From NCBI GenBank assembly GCA_965208105.1, contig OZ242318.1, forward strand, positions 1,728,001 through 1,792,000: a stretch of 64,000 bases of DNA. Direction: 5' to 3'. Of the stretch, positions 28,675-38,942 are shown one piece after another; position 1 is the first letter of the stretch, and every line of letters begins with the position of its first letter. The stretch is from Candidatus Latescibacterota bacterium. Its GTDB lineage: Bacteria > Latescibacterota > UBA2968 > UBA8231. Under the pieces are notes generated by a model. The model saw only the letters and a program-made list of their open reading frames with translations. It searched no databases and was not told the origin of the DNA. Both the position numbers and the translations under genes were made by a program.

Positions 28675-29787
28675 TCAAGTCCGCTTCACCTCCATGTAGG
28701 TGCCCAGGATTTCACTCTGACGGCAGTCATTCACCTCGGTGCGCGCATAGGCAACCAGCAGTGTGTCGGGCATAACCTCTTCAACCCAGTCGTAGTTGCA
28801 GGCGTCGTATGCCTGTGGCCCGCGATAGAAGCAGAAGTGTCCGATCCAGGTGTGCCCCTCGTCCAGGCTGAACGCCAGCCAGTCTCCGGTCCGTCCACAG
28901 GTTACGGCGATGACCCCGTTGGCCATCAGGCAGGCATTGGGCCAGACGCCGCGGTCGGCAATCGGGTCGGCCTGGCTCCAGCTTTTGCCTCCATCGTTGG
29001 AACGGCTCATGTAGAGCGGTGAAAAGGTCGAATTGTAGGTACCGCCCGTACGCATGAAACAGAGAATATCTCCGCCCGGAAGCACCAGAAGGTCGGGTTC
29101 ACAGAAGCTCTCCACCCTGTGCTGGTTTCCGCGGGTCAGGTCGAAGGCCACAGTCGATAGATAGCGCCAGGTATTGCCTCCATCGGACGAACGCACGACG
29201 AAGCTGCGGTACTTGAAATCGGCGATGAACTTTCCGTATAGAGCCGCCAGCATGCTGCCGTCTTCCAGACGGACCACCGCGTGGTCTACGACTCCCTCGA
29301 TCTTGTGCCGGCCGAACCCACCTTCGCCCCTTGCGAGTTCGGGAACATCCACCAGGAGGGCCTTCCCTGACGTGTGCGTGTATCCGTTGTCCGCGGAGCG
29401 ATCGAGTCCGGTCTGATATACGCCATCTTCATCGGTCGCTTCGAGCTCGCCGCGCCCCAAATGGAGGATCTCGCCATTGGGCAACTGACATCCGTTGTAG
29501 GTGGGCCAGGCCGGCGTGTCGCGCCAGCTCTGCCCGCCGTCCCGCGAGCGCCTCCAGCTCGGTACGGCCGCAGCACAGGCGGCCCACTCCTCACCGTGTT
29601 GTTCACACCCCAGGGAGGTGCCGGTCACCAGCTCGCCATTGGCGAGCTTGGACAGAAATCCTATGGGGCCTGGCGTCCGGTGGGACGGGATGAGAACCTG
29701 GGTATCGCCTACCTGGACTTCCAGCCCCGGGTACTGGTAGTATCCCCTGCACCAATGATCGCGTGTCACGTAGTCTGGTCTCGGCAT
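28675..29787 (-). CDS. BNR/Asp-box sialidase-like beta-propeller
   Basis: Asp boxes SRDGGQSW, SADNGYTH, SSDGGNTW, SNDGGKSW and SLDEGHTW. Confidence 0.8.
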   Translation of the reverse strand: MPRPDYVTRDHWCRGYYQYPGLEVQVGDTQVLIPSHRTPGPIGFLSKLANGELVTGTSLGCEQHGEEWAACAAAVPSWRRSRDGGQSWRDTPAWPTYNGCQLPNGEILHLGRGELEATDEDGVYQTGLDRSADNGYTHTSGKALLVDVPELARGEGGFGRHKIEGVVDHAVVRLEDGSMLAALYGKFIADFKYRSFVVRSSDGGNTWRYLSTVAFDLTRGNQHRVESFCEPDLLVLPGGDILCFMRTGGTYNSTFSPLYMSRSNDGGKSWSQADPIADRGVWPNACLMANGVIAVTCGRTGDWLAFSLDEGHTWIGHFCFYRGPQAYDACNYDWVEEVMPDTLLVAYARTEVNDCRQSEILGTYMEVKRT

Positions 29788-29958
29788 CTTTCACTCCTTG
29801 TTTGACAGGCGGTAAGAACCACAGGGTTCTGTTCACCATTTTGCCGCAACCGGGGCCCGTCTTTCCCGCGTTGCTGGTCGGCGCCAACCCGGAGAAGGTT
29901 CGAACGCATGGTTTCATCTTTCTTCCCGTTTGTTCGAGTTTCCCTATATTAACCCACT

Positions 29959-30954
29959 ATGATCAACGCCCTCAAGGCTTTCCTCCTTGCCTTCGTCCTC
30001 GCCGGGCCGGCCCTCGCCCGCGATGCCGATGTTCGCGGCATCACCATCTCCACTCACGGCGTCGGCCACGACTGGGGCAGCGACGCCATCGTGCCCACCC
30101 TGGAGGATATTCGCGCTGTCGGGGCCAACTGGGTGGCCATCCACCCCTATGCCCATATCTCCGCCGATGGCTCACTGCGCTGGTCGAGGATCGATCCCGA
30201 CAGTCCCCCCGCCCACATCATCCGCCCCATCCACGAAGCGCACCGTCTGGGATTGAATATCTGCATCAAACCCCATGTCGCCTATTGGCGCTCGCCCTTT
30301 TCCTGGCGCGGCGAGATCACCTTCCAGAACGACGATGATTGGCGGCGATTCTGGCGGGGATATCGCGAATGGATCATAGAATTGGCCGTCGTCTGCCGGA
30401 AGGCCGACGGCTTCGTGGTGGGGACGGAACTGGACCGCACCCTGGCGTTCGAAGCGGAATGGCGCGGCCTCATCGAGGAGGTCCGCAAGCACACTGACGC
30501 GCCGCTTACCTACGCCGCCAACTGGACCGATTACGAGCGCGTTCCCTTCTGGGACGCACTCGACGTCATCGCCGTCCAGGCCTATTTCCCCCTGACCGAC
30601 GATCCCGATTACGACGAGCGAGACATTCGCGACGGTTGGGCCGCGCGCATGCGCCAGCTCAGCGACTACGGGACGCGGCAGAACCGCAATATCCTCTTCA
30701 CCGAATTGGGCTACAACCAGTCGCACCAGGCCCCGCTCAAACCCTGGGCCTACCCCGTCGACGGCGAGGCCGCCCTCCCCGTTCAGGTCTTTTGCCTGCG
30801 CACGGCGCTGGCCGCCATCGCTCGTGAGCCGCGCGTCGTCGGTGCCTTGCTCTGGAAGTGGTTTCCCCACCCGCACCCGGTCGGCCGCAACTTTCAACTG
30901 GCGATCCCGCCGATGAAACGGGTTATTGCCGAGGCATGGCTCGACCCGCAATAA
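29959..30954 (+). CDS. Secreted glycoside hydrolase family 113-like protein
   Basis: Signal peptide (..GPALA); IKPHV, VGTEL, TYAANW, FWDALD.I...AYFPL and FTELGY motifs. Confidence 0.75.
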   Translation: MINALKAFLLAFVLAGPALARDADVRGITISTHGVGHDWGSDAIVPTLEDIRAVGANWVAIHPYAHISADGSLRWSRIDPDSPPAHIIRPIHEAHRLGLNICIKPHVAYWRSPFSWRGEITFQNDDDWRRFWRGYREWIIELAVVCRKADGFVVGTELDRTLAFEAEWRGLIEEVRKHTDAPLTYAANWTDYERVPFWDALDVIAVQAYFPLTDDPDYDERDIRDGWAARMRQLSDYGTRQNRNILFTELGYNQSHQAPLKPWAYPVDGEAALPVQVFCLRTALAAIAREPRVVGALLWKWFPHPHPVGRNFQLAIPPMKRVIAEAWLDPQ

Positions 30955-31118
30955 ACCCTTCCCTGGCATGGAGGCCAGGGAAGGTAGGGCCACGCAGCGG
31001 CACAGGCGTTCGAGCCCCAACCGGTCAGGGAACACCTGTTATATTGCCGGAGGTCGAGCTGCGCGAGGTGTCGCTGGTGGAGACTTGAGGGAGTATCCGA
31101 GGAGATTCCGGAATCTCC

Positions 31119-31781
31119 TCAAATGGCGGCCAGGGCCCGCTCCAGCGGGATTTCCCTGAACTTCTGTTCGGGCATGCTGCCAGCTTCTATGGTTCTCTCC
31201 CAGTATTCCCGCTTCGGGTCCGGCTCCGAAGCGGGCACCGAATCGATCACATTTCGAGCCCAGTCCGCCAGGTCCGGGTCCTTGCACCTCACCGCGAGGT
31301 CAGCCTCGGCGGCGCATCCGGAGCTCGAGTAGGCGAAGCACCGCCTGATGTTCCTCCTGGCGCTGGCCAATCCCACCGGCTCGATGGTGATCTCTCCGCT
31401 ACGGGTCTCCGGCACCAGGAGAACCCCCACCCCCCTATCGGTTATGGAGGCGGCGCGCTCGGGCTGCTCCCCGCCAATCAGAACGTTCTTGTGATGCGGC
31501 CAGATGTCGAACATGGAGTAGTTGGCCACGGGAGCGCTCTCCTGAAAGGAGAAGAAGTCGGGGTAGGCGAAGAAGTCGACTGCCTGTTCGCGATAGCGAT
31601 CGTAGAATGCGGTGACGTAGGCCATGACCAGGAGCACGGCGCCGAGACCGTCGAATCTCGAGGGAGCCAGGAGGCCCACCCGGTCCGTGGATTTGAAACC
31701 GGCGAAGAACTGGGCGTGTGGGACATCCTGCCCCCGGTAAGTGATGCTGAAGTCCGTTCCTCTTAGCTTGCTGCTGTGCAT
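31119..31781 (-). CDS. Hypothetical protein co-transcribed with the sox operon
   Basis: 12 bp downstream of soxG, with a GAAGGAGG SD and protein-like composition. Confidence 0.7.
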   Translation of the reverse strand: MHSSKLRGTDFSITYRGQDVPHAQFFAGFKSTDRVGLLAPSRFDGLGAVLLVMAYVTAFYDRYREQAVDFFAYPDFFSFQESAPVANYSMFDIWPHHKNVLIGGEQPERAASITDRGVGVLLVPETRSGEITIEPVGLASARRNIRRCFAYSSSGCAAEADLAVRCKDPDLADWARNVIDSVPASEPDPKREYWERTIEAGSMPEQKFREIPLERALAAI

Positions 31782-31793
31782 GAGATTCCTCCT

Positions 31794-32414
31794 TCAGTTT
31801 TCCTGCGCAGCCACCTCGAACCCGTATTCCCGTCCCGAGTGCTCGAGCCAGTGCGCCAGGTAGTCTGCAAAGCTGCGGCGGACGACCACGTCGAAGGACT
31901 GGAAGCTGCGGTCGTTGGAGCGAGGAATGAGGAGGACGGCCGCCTTCGCCAGGTTGGTCTGGGCGCATTGCCCTGCAGCGAAAGCAGTGGGATGGAGGTC
32001 CAGGGTGCACCCCTTGGCCAGCAGGTCGCGGGCGCGGGATCCGGCCAGGTTGATGGTGGTATAGTTGCCCGTGGTGTCGGTCGCGGCGGCGCGGCGGCCT
32101 CCCAGAGCTTTCCGCAAAGACGCGATCAGCTCTCCCTCGCTCCCCGGACCGGCCACCGCCATCCACTCGTCGGGCCCCAGCCAGCAGACCAGGACCTCGC
32201 CCGCCGAGGCCACCGTATTGGGCCGAAGCGGCACATCGGTGCCCAGAACACCTCCCACAGCCTCGGCCAACCCGGGATCTGCCAGGCCGCCGCGCAGGTT
32301 GACATAGCCGCGAAATGGCCGCTCGGTCATGGTTATTCCCGGGTCTCCCGCTTCGCGTCCACGTCCCAAGGACGCGAAGCCGGCCAGGGGGGACTCGCGC
32401 CTGTCCTCAGACAT
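31794..32414 (-). CDS. soxG: Sarcosine oxidase gamma subunit
   Basis: RESPL, INLRG-like, WLGPDEW, LAKGC.LDL and VRRSFADYL motifs; follows soxA. Confidence 0.92.
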   Translation of the reverse strand: MSEDRRESPLAGFASLGRGREAGDPGITMTERPFRGYVNLRGGLADPGLAEAVGGVLGTDVPLRPNTVASAGEVLVCWLGPDEWMAVAGPGSEGELIASLRKALGGRRAAATDTTGNYTTINLAGSRARDLLAKGCTLDLHPTAFAAGQCAQTNLAKAAVLLIPRSNDRSFQSFDVVVRRSFADYLAHWLEHSGREYGFEVAAQEN

Positions 32415-35412
32415 TCTGGCGCTCTCCCTCCGGATCGTAGAAGACCCGGTCGACGATCCTGGCGGCGGCGGTCCTGCCGTCACAGTTGTAGACCTGGACC
32501 GTCTGGCCCAGGCGCGAATGACCGCCCGCCACCAGCGCCAGGGCGATGGAGCGGCCGAGTACGGGGCTGTGGTAGGACGAGGTGACGTGGCCGGACATGG
32601 CCCTGGGCACGGGTGCCGAGGGGTCCTCGACGATCTGACCTCCCTCGGGCAACACTTCGCCGGGGTCCTCGCTGAGCAAGCCCACGAGCTGCTTGCGGTC
32701 GGAGCGCAGCATATGGGAGCGGTAGAGGGAACGCTTGCCCAGAAAGTCCTTGTTCTGCGCTACCATGTGGCCGAGCCCGAGATCGACGGGGGTCACCGAG
32801 CCGTCCGTATCCTGACCCACGATGATGTACCCCTTCTCGGCGCGCAGCACATGCATGGCCTCGGTGCCGAAAGGAGTGATCCCGCAGGGCTCACCGGCCT
32901 CCATGACGGCCTCCCAGACATGGCGGCCGAAGTTTGCGTTGATGTTGATCTCGTAGGTGAGCTCACCCGTAAAGCTGATCCTGAAGATTCGCGCCGGGAC
33001 CCCCGCCACCTGCCCCTCGCGCACCGCCATGAAGGGGAAGGCCGCCGCGCTCAGATCGACCTCGGTGCACAGCTCGCCGAGGATCCTGCGGCTGTCGGGG
33101 CCGCAGAGAGAGATGGTTGCCCAGTGGTCGGATACGGAGGTCAGAAATACCTCGAGCTCGGGCCACTCGGTCTGCAGCCAGAGCTCCATCCACGCCATGA
33201 CCGCAGCCGCGCCGCCGGTGGTCGTGTGCATCAGGTAGTGGTTGTCGCCGAGACGAGCGGTGACCCCGTCGTCCATTACCATCCCGTTCTCGTCCAGCAT
33301 CAGACCGTAGCGGCAGCGGCCCACCGGCACCTTCAGAAAGGGATTGGTGTAGACCCGGTGGAGAAAGACGTGGGCGTCGGCTCCCTGGATATCGATCTTG
33401 CCCAAGGTCGATGCGTCGAGGACCCCGGCGCCCCTGCGCACCGCGAGGCACTCGCGCTCCACCGCTTCCACCATCGTCTCGGCGGCCGCGGGGAAATACC
33501 AGGGGCGCTTCCACTGCCCCACGTCCTCGAAGACGGCGCCGCGTTCGACGTGCCACTGGTGGATGGGGGTCTTGCGCACGGGATCGAACAGAAGGCCCTG
33601 CTCGCCCCCCGCCATGGCCCCGTAGCTCACCGGGGTGTAGAGGGGGCGGAACGTCGTGGTCCCGATGGAGCCTGGATCGGTGTCCTTATGCCGGGCCAGG
33701 ATGCCGATGCCGTTGACGTTTCCCAGCTTGCCCTGGTCCGGGCCCATACCCAGGGTGGTGTAGCGCTTGACGTGCTCGATGGACTCGTAGCCCTCCCGCG
33801 CCGCGATTTCGATGTCCGCTGCGGTGATGTCCATCTGCAGGTCCACGAACTGCTTGGGGGCCCGGCTCATGGGCTTGGGTGCGGGGATCGCCCAGAGGGG
33901 CCGTATGGGTTCCTCCTGCTCCTCCTCGACCACCGGCGCCGGCCGCGTGGGCTCGCCCCCGCCCAGCCCCGCCTCCCGGGCCGCCGCGGCCCCTCCTTCC
34001 AATCCGGATGCCAGACAGGGTCCCAGGCCGAAAACCCCGCTGCAAGCCCCCACCGAACGCTCGGCCTGTACCGGCTCGCCCGGCCCGAAGCAAGCCTGAA
34101 CGGCGTCGTAGCGAGGCCGGCCGCGCGCCTGGGCGTGGAGCTGAACCGTCGGGCTCCACCCTCCCGATACGGCAAGCAGGTCGCAGGCCACCGTTCGCCG
34201 TGGACCGCTCACACTCCTGCCGTCCTGGCCCAGGGGCATGAGCTCGACAGCCCGCAGCCGCCTTCCGCCCCTGGCGTTCACGACCACGTGGTTTTCCACC
34301 ACCTCGATACCTCGCCGGCGTGCAGCGGTGCTCCGTGCTCCCGCCGGGCGCGCGTCGACTATGGCCTCCACCTGAATTCCGGCCGCCGCCATGTCCATGG
34401 CCGTGCCATAGGCGCCGTCATTGTTGGTGAACACCACCGCCCGCGACCCCGGCCCCACGGCATAGCGGTTGATGTACTCCGAGACGGCGGAAGCAAGCAT
34501 GATGCCGGGGCGGTCGTTGTTCGAGAAGACCAGAGGACGCTCGATGGCGCCGGTCGCCAGCACGACCTGCCTGGCGCGAATGCGCCAGAGCCTCTGGCGC
34601 GGTCCCTTGCCCCCTCCCGGTGGAAGGTGGTCCCGGCAGCGCTCAAGGGCATGCAGGAAGTTGTGATCGTAGTAGCCCACTGCCGTGGTGCGGGTCAGCA
34701 CCCTGACCTCGGCCATGGCGGCCAGCTCACCTACCGCCGACGCGACCCAGCGCTCAGCCGGGTCGCCGTCGATTTCGGCGGGGCTGCCCAGGAGGCTACC
34801 CCCGGGCTCGGTGCCCTCGTCCACCAGGATCACCCGGGCTCCCGCCCGTCCCGCTTCCAGAGCCGCAGCCAATCCGGCAGGCCCCCCGCCGGCGACGAAG
34901 ACGTCGCAGTGGGCGTTCATGTGGTCATAGGCGTCCGGGTCCGGGGCCGGTGGTGCAGTGCCCAACCCTGCCGCCTTGCGGATGGCCCCCTCGTAGCGGC
35001 GCCAGAATCCCGCCGGCCACATGAAGGTCTTGTAATAGAAACCAGGCGGCATCAGGCGCGCGAACCAGCCGTGGACGGCGCGCAGGTCGAAGTCCACACT
35101 GGGGAATACGTTGACGCTGCGGGCGGTCAGACCTTCGTAGAGTTCCACCTGGGTAGCCACCAGATTGGGCAAGGTTCGAGCCCCTTCCCCCACCTGAACG
35201 ATGGCATTGGGTTCCTCCGCGCCCGCCGCGACCAGTCCCCGCGGCCGGTGGTACTTGATGCTGCGGGCCACCAGTCGCACGCCGTTGGCCAGCAGCGCGG
35301 AGGCCAGGGTATCGCCCTGGCAGCCCTCGTAGCCTTTGCCGTTGAAGGTAAATTTCAAGGGTCTGCGGCGGTCGATGCGGCCCCCGGCGGCCAGGCGCTG
35401 GGAGGAGCTCAC
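32407..35412 (-). CDS. soxA: Sarcosine oxidase alpha subunit
   Basis: GGRIDR, GDTLASALLANG, KYHRPRG, GFYYKTF, EH.KRYTT.GMG.DQGK and LRAEKG motifs; GTG start at 35412. Confidence 0.97.
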   Translation of the reverse strand: MSSSQRLAAGGRIDRRRPLKFTFNGKGYEGCQGDTLASALLANGVRLVARSIKYHRPRGLVAAGAEEPNAIVQVGEGARTLPNLVATQVELYEGLTARSVNVFPSVDFDLRAVHGWFARLMPPGFYYKTFMWPAGFWRRYEGAIRKAAGLGTAPPAPDPDAYDHMNAHCDVFVAGGGPAGLAAALEAGRAGARVILVDEGTEPGGSLLGSPAEIDGDPAERWVASAVGELAAMAEVRVLTRTTAVGYYDHNFLHALERCRDHLPPGGGKGPRQRLWRIRARQVVLATGAIERPLVFSNNDRPGIMLASAVSEYINRYAVGPGSRAVVFTNNDGAYGTAMDMAAAGIQVEAIVDARPAGARSTAARRRGIEVVENHVVVNARGGRRLRAVELMPLGQDGRSVSGPRRTVACDLLAVSGGWSPTVQLHAQARGRPRYDAVQACFGPGEPVQAERSVGACSGVFGLGPCLASGLEGGAAAAREAGLGGGEPTRPAPVVEEEQEEPIRPLWAIPAPKPMSRAPKQFVDLQMDITAADIEIAAREGYESIEHVKRYTTLGMGPDQGKLGNVNGIGILARHKDTDPGSIGTTTFRPLYTPVSYGAMAGGEQGLLFDPVRKTPIHQWHVERGAVFEDVGQWKRPWYFPAAAETMVEAVERECLAVRRGAGVLDASTLGKIDIQGADAHVFLHRVYTNPFLKVPVGRCRYGLMLDENGMVMDDGVTARLGDNHYLMHTTTGGAAAVMAWMELWLQTEWPELEVFLTSVSDHWATISLCGPDSRRILGELCTEVDLSAAAFPFMAVREGQVAGVPARIFRISFTGELTYEININANFGRHVWEAVMEAGEPCGITPFGTEAMHVLRAEKGYIIVGQDTDGSVTPVDLGLGHMVAQNKDFLGKRSLYRSHMLRSDRKQLVGLLSEDPGEVLPEGGQIVEDPSAPVPRAMSGHVTSSYHSPVLGRSIALALVAGGHSRLGQTVQVYNCDGRTAAARIVDRVFYDPEGERQNV

Positions 35413-35690
35413 GGATTCCCTCCCGGCCGGGGCTCGCCGGGCCTGTAAACCGCCCTTATCTCGTTGGTCACCGTGTCGCGCTCGACGTTGAAGTAGCGCC
35501 GGCATCCCGAGGAGTGGCTCCACTGCTCCCGGTGCCCGCCTCTGACGTTCCTGCGGTAGAACAGGTAGGCGGCCCACTCTTCGTCAGTCAGCTCTTCGGG
35601 CTGGAGGGGGCGGACGATGTGGGCCTCGCCGGAGTAGCTGAACTCCGATTCGTCCCGGGGACCGCACCATGGGCATTCGATCAGCAGCAA
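35409..35690 (-). CDS. soxD: Sarcosine oxidase delta subunit
   Basis: MLLIECPWCGPR.ESEF...E.WSH..GCRRYF.VERDT; TTG start. Confidence 0.95.
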   Translation of the reverse strand: MLLIECPWCGPRDESEFSYSGEAHIVRPLQPEELTDEEWAAYLFYRRNVRGGHREQWSHSSGCRRYFNVERDTVTNEIRAVYRPGEPRPGGNP

Positions 35691-35703
35691 AAGCTCGTCT
35701 CCA

Positions 35704-36954
35704 TCAGTGGGCGACGCCGGCGGCACCGTGCTCGTCGATGAGGCGCCCGCTGGCGAATCGCTGCAGGGAGAAAGGCTCGTTGAGGCGGTGGGGCCGGTCC
35801 TGGGCCATGGTGTAGGCGAATACCCACCCCGACCCGGGGGTCGACTTGTAGCCGCCCGTACCCCAGCCGCAATTGAAGTAGAGCCCTTCTACCGGGGTCA
35901 GGCCGATGATGGGGCAGGCGTCCGGGCAGGTATCGACGACCCCTGCCCATTGCCTCAGCATGCGGACCCGGCTGAAGCAGGGAAACATCTCGACTATGGC
36001 GCTGACCGCGTGCTCCAGGGTCGAAGGGCTGCCGCGCTGTCCATAGCCGTTGTAGGCGTCAATCCCGGCGCCGCACAACAGCTCGCCCCTGTCCGTCTGG
36101 CTCAGATAGGCGTGAACCGCATTGGACATGACAACTACGTCCAGCACCGGTTTGATGGGCTCCGACACCCAGGCCTGCAGCGGGTGGCTTTCCAGCGGCA
36201 GGCGCAGACCGGCCATGGCGGCGATGACCCCCGAGTTGCCCGCGGTGACGCATCCTACCTTCCTTGCCCTGATGAATCCCCTGCTGGTCTCCACTCCGGT
36301 TACTGCGCCGCCTTCGCGGCGAATGCCCACCACCTCGCAATTCTGGATGATGTCGACCCCCACAGAGTCGGCTGCCCGGGCAAAACCCCAGGCCAGGGCA
36401 TCGTGACGGGCGGTGCCGCCCCGGCGCTGCAGCGAGGCCCCCAGAATCGGGTAGCGGGTGCCCGGCGAGACATCCATGCTCGGCACCAGCTCCTTGATCT
36501 GGTCAGGGGTTAGAAACTCGCTGTCGATGCCGTTGAGAAGGTTGGCGTTGACGCGACGGCGGATGTCGCGCAGTTCCTGCAGGGTATGTCCCAGGCTCAG
36601 CAGGCCGCGCTGACTGAACATGAGGTTGAAGTTCAGCTCCTGGGTGAGTTTCTCCCACAGCTTGAGGGAGAACTCGTAGATGTGGGCAGCCTCGTCCCAG
36701 AGGTAGTTGGAGCGGACGATTTCGGTATTGCGTCCCGTGTTTCCCCCGCCCACGTAGCCCTTTTCGACCACGGCCACCTGGCGGAATCCCTGTTCCTTGA
36801 CCAGGTAGTAGGCCGTGGCCAGACCATGTCCGCCTCCGCCCACGATCACCGCCTCGTAGGCGGATTTCGGTTCGGGGCTGCGCCAGGCGCGTTGCCAGTT
36901 TTCGTGGTAGCTGAGCGCGTTGCGGGCGAGGCTGAAGATCGAGTACTTTTGCAT
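35704..36954 (-). CDS. soxB: Sarcosine oxidase beta subunit
   Basis: GGGGHGLATAYYL, GNTGRNT, ARHDA, GWGTGG.K and LIDEHGAAGVAH motifs. Confidence 0.97.
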   Translation of the reverse strand: MQKYSIFSLARNALSYHENWQRAWRSPEPKSAYEAVIVGGGGHGLATAYYLVKEQGFRQVAVVEKGYVGGGNTGRNTEIVRSNYLWDEAAHIYEFSLKLWEKLTQELNFNLMFSQRGLLSLGHTLQELRDIRRRVNANLLNGIDSEFLTPDQIKELVPSMDVSPGTRYPILGASLQRRGGTARHDALAWGFARAADSVGVDIIQNCEVVGIRREGGAVTGVETSRGFIRARKVGCVTAGNSGVIAAMAGLRLPLESHPLQAWVSEPIKPVLDVVVMSNAVHAYLSQTDRGELLCGAGIDAYNGYGQRGSPSTLEHAVSAIVEMFPCFSRVRMLRQWAGVVDTCPDACPIIGLTPVEGLYFNCGWGTGGYKSTPGSGWVFAYTMAQDRPHRLNEPFSLQRFASGRLIDEHGAAGVAH

Positions 36955-37210
36955 CAGAACAAAACGAAGGTGGGTGGCGGAAATCAGCAGAAAGTCTAAT
37001 ATAACCGCCCTCTTTTGACAACGACGCGCCGCCCACAGGTGTCCAGGCTGCCCGCCATTCTCCAGCTTGCTGCTCTCCGGCGCGGGGCGAGACCGATCCT
37101 GCCCCTTCGTCCCAACCATCCACCTCCTTTGCAGGTCCAACCAGGCCGGGCAGCCAGGGCGGGGGAACCTTTTGCAAGGCACCTGGCCGCGCGCTTTCCT
37201 CTTCCCCGGA

Positions 37211-38635
37211 TCAGGACACCGGGGGTCGATGCTGTATCCATGGCCTTGCCCTCTCGAAGGCGGCGGAGGCAGCCAGGACCGTCTCCTCTCCACCCTTTCT
37301 TCCCACTATCTGCAGTCCGATCGGCAACCCGTTACTGGAGAAACCTGCCGGGACGCTTGCCGCAGGATGTCCGATGACGTTGATCGGGAATGTGAAAGCA
37401 CCATTCCAGTACTGGTCGGGGTAGGTCCTGTGGGGCGACCACCGGCCGGGGTACTCCCCGTTTGGAAAGGCGGGGAAGCACGCCGTCGGGGAAAGCAGAA
37501 GGTCGAATTCCTCGAACAAGTCGGTCATACGGGCCTTCAACAAATCGATCAGCGCCAGGGTCCTGGCGTATTCGACCGCCGTTACCCTTGCTCCCTGCTC
37601 GAGGAAGAACAGGGCAATCTCGGTCAGCTGGTCGGCATGGGTCTCCAGGTAAACCCCGCCCATCGCGAAAAAGTCCGCGGCAATGATTGGCCCGAAGGTG
37701 TCGTAGGGTGGGTCCATGGCCAGGTCCGACTCTTCGAGGTGACAACCGAGTTCCTCGAAGACCTGGGCCGCGGATGAGGTCACCGCCGACACCTCGGGGT
37801 CCACCTCGGCAAACCCGAAATCCGGGCTCCAGGCCACCCGCATGCCCCGGACCTCGCGGTCCACCGCGGCAACGAAATCAGGTGGGTCCTGCCGCAGCGA
37901 GGTCGGATCTCTGGGGTCGTGGCCGGAAAGGACCTGGAGGAGCAGGGCTGCGTCGCGCACCGTGCGGCTCAGAGGCCCGTTCTGGGAGAAGATGTAAGGC
38001 ATGGTGTGGCCCTCCCCTCCCGCGTAGCCGGAAACCCTCCCCTGGGTCGGCTTGATTCCGTAGATGCCGCAGAAATGGGCGGGAATGCGAATGGAGCCAC
38101 CGCCGTCGCTGCCGGTGGCAAGGGGGCACAAGGAAGCGGCCAGCGCCGCGGCGGCACCGCCGCTGGAACCACCCGGCGTTCGCAGTGGGTCCCAGGGATT
38201 GCATCCGGGGTCGCCCAGGCGGTTCTCGCAGGCACCCACCAGACCGAACTCCGGAACGTTGGTTTTCCCCAGGATCACCGCACCGGCAGCCCGAACCCGC
38301 TCGACCACGGCAGCATCCCTGTCCGGTATCCTGTCCTTGAAGACCAGTGACCCCAAGGTGGTGCGAATGCCCCTGGTCATCTGCGTATCCTTGACCGAGA
38401 TGGGCAGACCGTGCAGGGGTCCCGTTTCCTCCCCGCCCCCTATAGCCTTTTCGGCGGACCTGGCCGTTTCCATCGCTTCATCCCGGGTCAGGGTAAGGAA
38501 CGCGTTGAGTTGAGGGTCCAGTCTCTCGATGCGGCTGTAGTAGAGCTCGGTCAACTCCACCGGGGAAATCTCTTTGATAGAAATCAGGTCCAACAGGTCG
38601 AAAGCCGAAGCGAACGCCAACTCCTGGTCCAGCAT
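37211..38635 (-). CDS. Amidase signature family protein
   Basis: GPLHGLPISVKD, GKTNVPEF, GGSSGG and GSDGGGSIRIPA motifs. Confidence 0.93.
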   Translation of the reverse strand: MLDQELAFASAFDLLDLISIKEISPVELTELYYSRIERLDPQLNAFLTLTRDEAMETARSAEKAIGGGEETGPLHGLPISVKDTQMTRGIRTTLGSLVFKDRIPDRDAAVVERVRAAGAVILGKTNVPEFGLVGACENRLGDPGCNPWDPLRTPGGSSGGAAAALAASLCPLATGSDGGGSIRIPAHFCGIYGIKPTQGRVSGYAGGEGHTMPYIFSQNGPLSRTVRDAALLLQVLSGHDPRDPTSLRQDPPDFVAAVDREVRGMRVAWSPDFGFAEVDPEVSAVTSSAAQVFEELGCHLEESDLAMDPPYDTFGPIIAADFFAMGGVYLETHADQLTEIALFFLEQGARVTAVEYARTLALIDLLKARMTDLFEEFDLLLSPTACFPAFPNGEYPGRWSPHRTYPDQYWNGAFTFPINVIGHPAASVPAGFSSNGLPIGLQIVGRKGGEETVLAASAAFERARPWIQHRPPVS

Positions 38636-38942
38636 GATCCCTCCTCTCTCTGCGGCTGCCGGCGGGGCCAAGTGGGGCAACCAGGTTGTCCTCTCACCCC
38701 TCTGGGCTCGAAGGCTCCAACACCCGCCCAAAGGTAGGTACGGAGACCTGCAAGTCAATTGGGCTCCAGACGCAACCGGGGGCAACGGCCACCCTCGCCG
38801 AGGGAGGGAATCCGAGGCCATGCCCGGGATTTGACAACGGCGGCGGCCTGCCTCCATATCCCATGTTCCCCTTTCTTGATTGCCCTTATTTCTGTTCCTA
38901 TACTAAGGAGCCTCTATCCGACCCTGATCGGCGGAAACCCCT

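Noticed and set aside
32329-35448. 1039-aa plus-strand ORF
   Set aside because: Antisense shadow of soxA caused by high-GC codon bias; no motifs and unnatural composition.
37211-38635. Calling the amidase gatA
   Set aside because: No gatB/gatC neighbours; it has generic amidase motifs only.
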